Positions 55,624 to 64,000 of a DNA stretch of 64,000 nucleotides are shown one piece after another. The stretch's first letter is position 1; each line of letters starts with the position of its first letter. The notes below the pieces were generated by a model. The model did not search any database. It worked only from the letters and a program-made list of their open reading frames with translations, and had not been told where the DNA came from. This DNA is from Rebecca billardiae RCC1528 (taxonomy: Eukaryota > Protista > Haptophyta). Where the stretch lies: assembly GCA_965240325.2 (NCBI GenBank), contig OZ251250.1, positions 620,001 through 684,000 on the forward strand, given 5' to 3'. The translations under genes were made by a program, and so were the position numbers.

Positions 55624-55791
55624 CGCATTGACAGCCCCGCGTGCGCTCGTGATGCTTGACGATGCTATCGTCATTGTTCAGCTAGTAGTACTCAGCTATG
55701 CGGGTACTACTGTTTCAACAAAGAACGCGACGCGGATAAATCTGTGCGCCCTCGCGGGCGGCGGGCGGAGCCGCGCTCGGCAGCATGGTCA

Positions 55792-56928
55792 ATGGCGCCC
55801 GCGCAACAGCCGAGCCAGACGCTGTGCGCGATGGGCCACGTGGTGCCCATCGTGCTGCTCGCCGGGGCGCAGAAGGCGGGCACCACGTCGCTGCACGCGG
55901 ACATCCTGCGCAGCGTCAAGGGCGCGCGCCCCGCGCACAGCCTCCCCGATGAGCCGCGATTCTTCTCCAAGGAGCAGCACTTCTTCGGGGAGCCATCCCG
56001 GTATGCCATGGGCGCCGAGCGCTACTTGCGGCACTTCGTGGAGTGCCCCAAGCAGCGCACGCCGCCGGTCTTCGCGATGGATAGCACGCCCTACCTGCAA
56101 ACGCCGCGTGCGGCGGCCGACGCCAGCGCGACCTTCTTCAAACTGCGCGCGCACAAAGCGGTGCGCATCATCGTCATTCTGCGCTCCCCCACCGAGCGCG
56201 CGCGCAGCTGGTTCGACCACTTCAACAAGCAGTCGCCGATGGGCGTGAACGCGTGGGTGAACCAGTCGCTGCGCCGCATGAGCAGCTGCGCCGAGGCGCA
56301 CAACATCTCGATGGCCTCCGGCCGGCTGTGGCGATCGCCGTGCCTCAAGCTGGGCGGGCGCGACGACGACCAGGCGCGCTTTGAAGACGCGCTCTCGGGC
56401 GGGATGTACGCGCCGCAGCTCGAGGCGTGGCTCAGCGCGTTCGGCCCGTCGCAGCTCGCGCTCACCACCTTCGACGGCTACCTGCACCAGACGGAGCGCG
56501 TCCTCGTCGACCTCGCGCACTTTCTCGGACACGTCGCGCAGCTCGGCCAATCGCGCGGCCACTCGCACCGCGGCCCAGGCGGCAAGGGCTCGCACCGGCG
56601 CCGACTCCGCCTCGAGGCGGGGCTTGGTCTCGTCGACGCGCCCGTGGGCGCCGGCGCCGACGCCGTCGCCGACGCGCCCGCCGACGGCGCGGCGTCCCCG
56701 TCCGAGGCCGCGCGGGGCCGCGCGCTCGTGCACGCCGCGCACCTGAACATACAAGCGCGCGCGCCGTCGGTGCTCGGCGCGGCTGAGCGTGCCGCGCTGG
56801 ACGAGTTCTACAGGCCGCACGTGCGCGCGCTGATCGAGCTGCTGCACAAGCCGAGGAATAAAGGCATTCGGAGCACGCCGTTCAGGCCGGCCAGCGCGCT
56901 GACCGCGACGATGCTCATGCGCGCATGA
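55792..56928 (+). CDS. PAPS-dependent sulfotransferase, copy 3
   Basis: AGAQKAGTTSL, KEQHFF, DSTPY and RSPTERARSW motifs. Confidence 0.9.
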   Translation: MAPAQQPSQTLCAMGHVVPIVLLAGAQKAGTTSLHADILRSVKGARPAHSLPDEPRFFSKEQHFFGEPSRYAMGAERYLRHFVECPKQRTPPVFAMDSTPYLQTPRAAADASATFFKLRAHKAVRIIVILRSPTERARSWFDHFNKQSPMGVNAWVNQSLRRMSSCAEAHNISMASGRLWRSPCLKLGGRDDDQARFEDALSGGMYAPQLEAWLSAFGPSQLALTTFDGYLHQTERVLVDLAHFLGHVAQLGQSRGHSHRGPGGKGSHRRRLRLEAGLGLVDAPVGAGADAVADAPADGAASPSEAARGRALVHAAHLNIQARAPSVLGAAERAALDEFYRPHVRALIELLHKPRNKGIRSTPFRPASALTATMLMRA

Positions 56929-57289
56929 CGTGCGCGCGCCGCGCGCGACGCCGCCGCAGGCGCAGCGCGGCCTACCGGACTCTGCCTCGCCGTCGGCTAT
57001 CGATCTCTGATATCCGTGAGTCTCCCGCCTCTCTAGCTCTCTCTCTCTCTCTCGGACTCGATCTCATCGCGATCTCCTTCAGTTTACTAGCAGTAGTAAA
57101 AGTTGGCGCAAGTTGTAGTCCGATCCTGCTGCTGATGTCGCGCCTGTCTGGCCCAGTGTCACTACTCACTCACTGAGGCTGAGCCGTGAGCGGTGAGGCG
57201 GACGATTACGACCGGACGACGGCGCGTCGGCGGGCGGGCGGCGGTTAAGTCTTATTATATATTAATAAGATGACTACGCGCTAGCTATA

Positions 57290-57500
<211 letters not shown>

Positions 57501-57646
57501 TGCACCGCACATGCAGCTTGATGCTGATGATGACTCTGACGCCTGCCCGTTGGCCGTTGCATACCACGTCGTTAATATATAGGCACCGCGCCGACGCGCC
57601 CCACGGGGACGCACGGCTCTCCGACTCTCCGATTGCAGCAGTGGCG

Positions 57647-59146
57647 TTACGCAGCAATTTTCATCTGCTGCTGCCTGCTTGGCGACGCGACGCGCTGCGA
57701 TGCTGCGTGAGCCGTGATGCCTTGCTCACGACGATCGCCGTCGTGGTCATCCGCATCGGCGGCTGCGGCCGCCTGCCGACGCTTTGCTTGCGATGATGCT
57801 GCGGCTGCTTGGCGGTGCCGCTCTGTGGCCGGAGCCGCAAGGGCGGTTGCCCGCCCGGCTGCTCGCGGTGGCGCGCCCGCAGCCGCTCCGGACGGCGCCG
57901 CTTTGCCGCCGCTCCCGACCTCGGCGGGCGGAAACTGCATGTAGAGCATCATCGAGACGACGACGAGTGCGGCTGCGATGCTCGTGTCGAGCGAGGCCGG
58001 CTCGGCGCGCGCGGCGTGCGCGTACGCGGTCGAGGCCACGACGCCTCCGACCAGGCCGTACCCTTTCCAGTCGCCGCCGGCCAGCGCGGTCACCTGCCCG
58101 ACCACGAGCCCGCCGCCCGCTGACAGCAGCAGTGGCGCGACCGTCGCGCTGTTCCACCCAGCGAAGAAGCCACGCGCGCGCACGCGCGCGCGCGAGGTGC
58201 GGAGCAGGCCTCCGGGCAGTGGCACGAGCAGGCCCGCGCCGAGCATCGCGAGCTTGCACAGCCCCATCTGCATCGAGAAGACGTACGGGTCGGGCGGCGC
58301 CGAGCCGCGCGCCGAGCCCGCCGGGTGCGCCGCGAGCCGAAGGGTCGCCTCCGCCAGGGCCTGATTCGCGCCAGACAGCAGCGCACTGGCGGCTGCTGCC
58401 CAGATGCCGAGGCCCGCCGACGCGGCGTTGGCGGCGGCACGCAGCGCGAGCGCGCGCACGGCGTCGAGCGCAAAGCCAGCGCCGCCGCTGCCCGCCTCGC
58501 TGCCCGTCGCTGCCGCCGGGTGGCGCGGTGCGAGCGCGCTCGGCGGCCGAGTGCCTGGCGGCGCGGAGGGCCGCGCCGCCGCTGCGCCCCAGTGGGCTTC
58601 CAGCGGACGGATGACCAGCATGGTGCTGGCGGCGCTGAGGAGCAGCAGCGCTGCCCACTGCACGCGCGAGCGCCGGATGCCGGTGAGCGCGCGCAGGAAG
58701 AGCGCCGCCCAGACCGTCTTCGTCTGGTTGAGGAGCTGGAAGAGAAGCGGGGAGCAGCCATGCTGCGGCCGGGACGCGTAATCGACGCACCAGTCCTGCA
58801 GCGCGTACAGCGCGGAGAGCGCGCCGATCCGGCCGAGGCCGAGCGCAGTGGGCCGATCGGACGCCGTCGCCCCCGCGCCCGCGCGCGCGCGCGCGTCCGA
58901 GCGGATCAGCGCCGCCGCGAGCGCCACCTTGCAGGCCTCGGTGACAATGAGCGCGCTGATCGGGTCGTGCTGCTCGTGCCGGTGGCCGCCGTCCGCGCGC
59001 GCCGCGCCGATGGTGTGCGCGAGCTTGCGCAGGTAGGGCTCCGCGGCGAACTGGAGGCCGAGCAGCACGAGGAACACCTTCCCGCGCAGCGGGATCTCCT
59101 TGAAGGAGAGCGCTCGTCGCGCGTCGCGTGACGTGGCCGCCGCCAT
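57647..59146 (-). CDS. Nucleotide-sugar transporter, SLC35A-like
   Basis: EACK, LYALQD, FQLLNQTKTVWAALF, QWAALLLL and GGLVVGQVT..AG...KGY motifs, with multiple TM helices. Confidence 0.9.
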   Translation of the reverse strand: MAAATSRDARRALSFKEIPLRGKVFLVLLGLQFAAEPYLRKLAHTIGAARADGGHRHEQHDPISALIVTEACKVALAAALIRSDARARAGAGATASDRPTALGLGRIGALSALYALQDWCVDYASRPQHGCSPLLFQLLNQTKTVWAALFLRALTGIRRSRVQWAALLLLSAASTMLVIRPLEAHWGAAAARPSAPPGTRPPSALAPRHPAAATGSEAGSGGAGFALDAVRALALRAAANAASAGLGIWAAAASALLSGANQALAEATLRLAAHPAGSARGSAPPDPYVFSMQMGLCKLAMLGAGLLVPLPGGLLRTSRARVRARGFFAGWNSATVAPLLLSAGGGLVVGQVTALAGGDWKGYGLVGGVVASTAYAHAARAEPASLDTSIAAALVVVSMMLYMQFPPAEVGSGGKAAPSGAAAGAPPRAAGRATALAAPATERHRQAAAASSQAKRRQAAAAADADDHDGDRREQGITAHAASQRVASPSRQQQMKIAA

Positions 59147-59471
59147 TGCTTGCGAATCGACGACGGGCAAAAAGGGCAAAGAAAGGAGTCCTGGCCCTGC
59201 GGCCCTTGCCTGCGGCAAGGACACCCTTGCCTGCAGGGTGGCGGCCGAAGAACTCGGTCTTTGCCTCTTTGGACCGGAACGAAACTCGCCGGCATGCGTC
59301 CACCGCTGATTGATTGACTATCGCGACGAGGCTCCTCGGAGGCCACACAGGCCGACGGGCGCGCCAAGCTCCCCGACGATATATATATATATATGTACGA
59401 TCATCGTCCGTCGTCCCTGCTCAATGCGCGGCTACGGCGCTCAGGGCATCACGTTGTGGATTGACGATATA

Positions 59472-62336
59472 TCATGCGGCGGGCGCGCCGAAGCCCCTCG
59501 GCAGTCCGCGCGTCTTGCCCAGGCCGATGGGCAGGTGGCCCCCGCGCGTCGAGAGCTGCGGCGGCTTGAGGTCGGGCGGCCTGTACGCGGGCTTGGGCGC
59601 GGCGCCGCCGGCCTTGCGCCCACCCGCGCGCTGGCACGGGCATGCGTACCGCGCGCCCGTCGTCAGCTCCACGTTCTGCAGGATGCACAGGTGCGGGCCG
59701 GCTGTCGCGTGCGCGCCCGCGCACTGCGGCATTTGGGCGTCGGCCGCGGCGGCCGCGCCCGTGCCGTCACGCAGCGCGACGTACTTCTCGCAGAGCACGG
59801 TGTTCTGCGGCGTGGCGCACGCCCACGGCTTCGGCGCGACGGCCGAGACGCACGCCGGCCAGCACGCCTCGCAGCTCAGGTCGGGCTTATCCCGGTTGAA
59901 CCGGAGGCGCGCGTCGACCCGGTCGACCGCGAGGGCGCGCGCGTGCAGCCATTTGGAGACGGGGAGGTCGATGCCGCAGACTTTGGTCGAGGCGGGCATC
60001 ACGCCGTCGGCGAGGTTGGAGCCCGCGCCGGCGAAGCACGTGTTGGAGCAGTTCCACGGCGACCACACGCGCCACGCGTCGAAGTACACCTCCGCCGCCT
60101 CCGCGCCCATCGCAGCGTAGCCGGCGCCGATGAGCACGCCGCCTGTCACGGAGTCGGCGGAGGCTCGGGCTGTAACCAGCTGGCGAGCCGAGCTGGGCGG
60201 CTGGGCCGGGAGGCAGAGCGGCGCGCCGACGGCGGTGCGGACGTAGCCCTGCGTGCGCGGGAGCAGCCGCCGCGCCCACGCGTACGCGCGGCCGCTCGCC
60301 ACCGTCGCCGCGAGCGTGCGCGGCAGGAACTTATTGCTCAGCGGCGCGAGCGGCGCGCCAGGGCATCGGCCAACCGGTGTCCCGAATGTGAGGGACCCGC
60401 CGTCGCGCGTGCGCATGGCGAGCTGGCCGAGGACGAGCGGGCACTTGATGGCCTTCGCCGCCTGCACGAGCGCGCCGGCGCACGCGTCCGCCTCCGTCGC
60501 CGAGCGCCGCGACTTGTCCGCCTCGTCCGCCAAGAAGGCCGCGACCAGCAGCGCGCGGCGCGGCTCGCACGCGCGGCCGGCGCGCTCGAGCGCGCGTGCC
60601 GCGTCGTCACATGAGTGTGGCGAGCCCGAGAGAACGATGGTCCACGGCGGGGTGGCGGCGGCGTCCGCGCCGCCGCTCGTGCCCGAGCCGTTGTGCAGCC
60701 CGTGCGCGCGCACCACGAGCAGCTGCTCGTGCACGCCCAGGTTCGCCTCCCCGAGCGCGCGCGTCAGCTCGGCGGGCAGCGGCGGCAGGCTGAGTGAGAG
60801 ACCAACGCGCGGGCGCTCCGAACGGGCGGGCTCGGCCGCGGCGGCGGGCGCGTCCGCGCCGGGCTCGGGGCCGCCGCTGCCGCCGTCTGCGATGAGCTGC
60901 GCGACGCGGCCGGCGGCGCGGCCGCCCGCCGCGCCGGCCGCGGGCGCCTGCTCGCCCTGGTGGTGCCGGTCGTACAAGTGCCGGAGCCGCAGGATGGCCG
61001 CCGTGCCGCCGTCCTTCCCCGGCTGGTAACTTTCCGGGAAAGCGCGCAGGGAGAGCTGCCGACCCTCGCGCGTGGCGGCGGAGACGCGGACGTGCTCGAG
61101 GAGGCAGAGGTGCAGCATCGGCGCGACGGGCGAGGTGCACCGCACCGGCTTGCGCGCGCGAATCCGCGCGTACCGCGCGCACCAGTCCCCCTTGTGCGCG
61201 AGCCACTGCGGGAAGCACGTCCATGGTTGCGGCGCGACCACTCGAAGGCCCTGCGGCCACGCGGGCCCGCACGCGCGGCGGCGGTACGGGGCGAGGCGGC
61301 GGTCGTCGGTCTGGCCGCGCCACAGCGAGGGCATGCGGCGCAGCAGGTCCGTCTGCGGCACCTGCCTCTGCGGCACGATCCCGTGCAGCGTCAGCCACTT
61401 CGCCAGCGGGATCTCCCCAGTGCAGACGAGCGTGTTGATTGGCCAGATGTGGTCAGCGCGGTCGGCGCCGCCGCCCGCGAGGCACGTGTTCGAGCAGTTG
61501 TACGGGACCCACACGCGCCACGCGGTGAAGTAGACCTCGGCCACGTCCGCCGACATCGCCGCGTAGATGTCGTCCGTGAGCACGCCCGCCGTCACGTTGT
61601 CCACGAAGCCGTTCCGGGAGACGAGCGTGCCGGGAGCCGGGCCGCCGGCCGGCATCGGCGGCACGCAGAAGAGCGCGTCGAGCCGGCCGCGCACGAAGGC
61701 CGTGGCGCGCGGGTAGAAGTGCTTGGCCCACGCGTACGCGCGCCCGACCGCGAGCGTCTGGATCACCGCGCGCCCCCAGTTGCGCGGCGCCGCCTCGCAC
61801 GCCGGCGTCCCTTCCTCCCCGAACCACTGCCGGCCGAGCACGAGCGAGCAGCGCGAGCCCTCGACCGCGCGCATCAGGTTGGCGGTGCACTGCTCGAAGG
61901 TGTACGTGTACGTCTCGTTCATCTTGAAGCGCGGCAGGTTCTTGTGCGTGCCGGGGAGCGTCTCCGTGTCGTAGTGCTGCAGCAGGGCGAGGACAGACGC
62001 GCGGCCCGCGCGGCAGTCGTGCACGGCGTTGGCGACGACAAAGCCTGAATCGCACATGCGCGCGAGGCCGGCGAGCACGAGCACCGTCGGCCCCGGCGGC
62101 ACACCCTGCGGGGGGACGTGTCGGTCCACGAACTCCTCGCGCAGCACGAGCCCCGCGCCGGAGATGGCGATGCGCATGTCTGCCTCAAGCGGCGGCAGCG
62201 TGAAGGCGCGGCCGCGTGGCTGCGCGTTGGGTGGCGCACCGGCGCAGAGCAGGAGCTCGGCGAGCAGCCATGGCCACGCCGCACCGCGCGGCGGCCGACG
62301 AGGTGCGCACCGCGTGGCGCGCCCGCGCGTGCCCAT
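59472..62336 (-). CDS. Secreted/luminal protein with two homologous Cys-rich, putative glycosyltransferase-like domains
   Basis: Hydrophobic N-terminal segment. The internal duplication GRAYAWA...VTxGVL...YAAMxAxxAEVYFxAWRVWxPxNCSNTCxAG occurs twice. Confidence 0.7.
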   Translation of the reverse strand: MGTRGRATRCAPRRPPRGAAWPWLLAELLLCAGAPPNAQPRGRAFTLPPLEADMRIAISGAGLVLREEFVDRHVPPQGVPPGPTVLVLAGLARMCDSGFVVANAVHDCRAGRASVLALLQHYDTETLPGTHKNLPRFKMNETYTYTFEQCTANLMRAVEGSRCSLVLGRQWFGEEGTPACEAAPRNWGRAVIQTLAVGRAYAWAKHFYPRATAFVRGRLDALFCVPPMPAGGPAPGTLVSRNGFVDNVTAGVLTDDIYAAMSADVAEVYFTAWRVWVPYNCSNTCLAGGGADRADHIWPINTLVCTGEIPLAKWLTLHGIVPQRQVPQTDLLRRMPSLWRGQTDDRRLAPYRRRACGPAWPQGLRVVAPQPWTCFPQWLAHKGDWCARYARIRARKPVRCTSPVAPMLHLCLLEHVRVSAATREGRQLSLRAFPESYQPGKDGGTAAILRLRHLYDRHHQGEQAPAAGAAGGRAAGRVAQLIADGGSGGPEPGADAPAAAAEPARSERPRVGLSLSLPPLPAELTRALGEANLGVHEQLLVVRAHGLHNGSGTSGGADAAATPPWTIVLSGSPHSCDDAARALERAGRACEPRRALLVAAFLADEADKSRRSATEADACAGALVQAAKAIKCPLVLGQLAMRTRDGGSLTFGTPVGRCPGAPLAPLSNKFLPRTLAATVASGRAYAWARRLLPRTQGYVRTAVGAPLCLPAQPPSSARQLVTARASADSVTGGVLIGAGYAAMGAEAAEVYFDAWRVWSPWNCSNTCFAGAGSNLADGVMPASTKVCGIDLPVSKWLHARALAVDRVDARLRFNRDKPDLSCEACWPACVSAVAPKPWACATPQNTVLCEKYVALRDGTGAAAAADAQMPQCAGAHATAGPHLCILQNVELTTGARYACPCQRAGGRKAGGAAPKPAYRPPDLKPPQLSTRGGHLPIGLGKTRGLPRGFGAPAA

Positions 62337-63110
62337 GGCGGCCGCAGGCGCTCCGTCTAGTGTCGGCCCGCCTCGCGCGACGACGATGGCGACCGGGCGA
62401 AGGCGGGCGGTGGAGCCGAAACCTGAGCGGCAGCTCGCGGGCCTCCCCGCCCGGACTCACGGAGCCCGGCGACGACGCCCAGGCTACCGCCCTTACCCAG
62501 GCTGATGAACGAACAGGAAGGCTTGCCCATCAGGCCCAGCATGAAAAGCCCATATATTGACATTGTCAAAGCTGCGCAAGGCGTTGCCTGGCAACGCCAA
62601 CGGCAACGGCGTCCGCGAGTCCGAGTTTACCGCGTGGTCGGGCCGCGCCGTGCGCGGTGCGGGCGGCCGCGCATGCCAATGGCGAAGCACGGCCGCGTCG
62701 TGGGAACGGAGCAGATATGAATATTACGAACAGATGATTCATGTGTCGATGGCATATTGACAGTGACACACGTACGACACGTCAGGCCGTGCGGGAGTCC
62801 CGGGGCACCGTCAGGTCGCTCGCGGGTCCGGGCCCGACCGCCGGTCCGTGACTGTCGAGGCGCGCAGAGGCGGCAGACGCTGAGCTCAGGCCGGAGAAGA
62901 AGACAGAAGTGACGCGGGCGGATGCGAGCCAGGGGCTGCGCACGGCCTCCACGTGGCATGCGGGTATCGCTCGAAACGGCGGACAACGGTGTGTGCGGTG
63001 GTGGGGTGATGACAGTGGCGCAGTGCGCTGGTGCGGTCGCGCGCTCACGCGCGCGCCGATGAGGACAAGGCCCCGCCGCGCGCCGGCGGGTGGTGCCGGT
63101 GGTCGCCGGT

Positions 63111-64000
63111 CTAGATGTCCGCCGTGGCGGCGGTGTTGACCTGCTCGTCCGGCTCGGCGTCGTCGTCGGTGCCGCTGTCCGTGTCGTCCGCCCTCGACTG
63201 GCGCGACGGCCCGCCGCTGCGGTTGTGCCGCCACCGGCCGGGCGTGACGGCCTTGAGGCGATCCGCCTGCACAACCTGGGCGCGGTCGACGCTCAGCTCG
63301 GGCGGCGGCGAGCCGGCGGCCTGCGCCTCGGCCTGCTCCTTCGCCTCGGCCGCCGCCGCCTTGGCCAGCTCGAGCGCGCGGTCCGTGCGGCCCTGCTCCA
63401 GCGCCGACGCGAACGCGTTCGAGACCGTCACCGCGCGCACCGCCTTTGCGAGCCGGCGCTGCCGCCGCTTCTTCGCCTCATGCTCATCGACGAAACTCCA
63501 GAGCTGCTGCTCGGCGTGCGGGTCCTTCTCGAGCACGACGCAGACGGCGGAGACGACGACGATCACGAAGAGGAAGAGCACGTACGCGTACCCCTCCGTC
63601 TTGTACGGGAACGCCGCGATCAGCAGGCATGCGTACGCGAGCACCACCTTTGTGAGGCCGAGCGCGAGCCGGCGCGGCGCGCCCGGCGCGGTGCGGTATA
63701 GCTTCCAGCCTGGGTGCAGAATCTTCTGGATGCCGAGGGCGGAGACGGTGAAGGCGCACGAGGTGGCGAGGAGGAGGACGTACTTGTACTTGAGCGGCTT
63801 CGCCGCGTACGGCTGCACGATCTTGAGCGCCACGCCGAGCGCGAGCACGGAGAGGCAGAGCGGGTAGTGCGTGGCATTCCAGAGCACGGCGCGCTGCGGC
63901 GAGCGGCGCGTCGCGTGGTGGTGCCGCGCGCCGTGGCCCGTGGGGTTGGAGATGTAGTAGAGGTACATCGCGGCGGTGAGGATCATGAACGAGGCGGTGA
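63111..64000 (-). CDS. ltrA: Low-temperature-requirement A (LtrA)-family membrane protein, 3' part
   Basis: MYLYY...HHATRRS..AVLWNATHYPLCLSVLALGVALK and further TM helices. The gene starts beyond the window end. Confidence 0.75.
   Translation of the reverse strand, partial: TASFMILTAAMYLYYISNPTGHGARHHHATRRSPQRAVLWNATHYPLCLSVLALGVALKIVQPYAAKPLKYKYVLLLATSCAFTVSALGIQKILHPGWKLYRTAPGAPRRLALGLTKVVLAYACLLIAAFPYKTEGYAYVLFLFVIVVVSAVCVVLEKDPHAEQQLWSFVDEHEAKKRRQRRLAKAVRAVTVSNAFASALEQGRTDRALELAKAAAAEAKEQAEAQAAGSPPPELSVDRAQVVQADRLKAVTPGRWRHNRSGGPSRQSRADDTDSGTDDDAEPDEQVNTAATADI

Overview
This is eukaryotic nuclear DNA, very GC-rich, with GT-AG introns whose donors mostly read GTGCG. An axonemal dynein intermediate chain, a PAS-containing heat-shock factor, a CBA1-like B12-binding protein and the intron style point to a flagellated microalga, most plausibly a haptophyte such as Pavlovales (inference). 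Two gene-dense blocks (about 1-16.2 kb and 33.5-64 kb) hold about 22 recognisable genes, often in tight head-to-head pairs: kinesin, jagunal, PAS-PAS-HSF, kringle/extensin-like, bestrophin, GT8, alpha/beta-hydrolase, RraA, SDR, SET, HPAT, DNAI4, two RING-like/F-box/RCC1 paralogues, LZIC, three sulfotransferases, an SLC35A transporter, a duplicated-domain GT-like protein and LtrA. Between them lies a repeat-rich accessory block (about 16.4-33.4 kb). It contains a 340-bp-arm inverted repeat, a 3.5-kb CACAG-ended TIR element whose empty target site is also in the window, a second TIR element, a copia gag-protease fragment fused to the 3' end of the CBA1-like gene, and two paralogous orphan membrane-protein genes. 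The strongest leads are the F-box/RCC1 pair with variation focused on the propeller binding face, the sulfotransferase/transporter/GT-like neighbourhood, the TIR element with filled and empty sites, and footprint-like micro-insertions between repeat copies. All family calls come from recognising motifs by eye; no database searches were run. Most long ORFs in the supplied track are GC-driven shadow frames.
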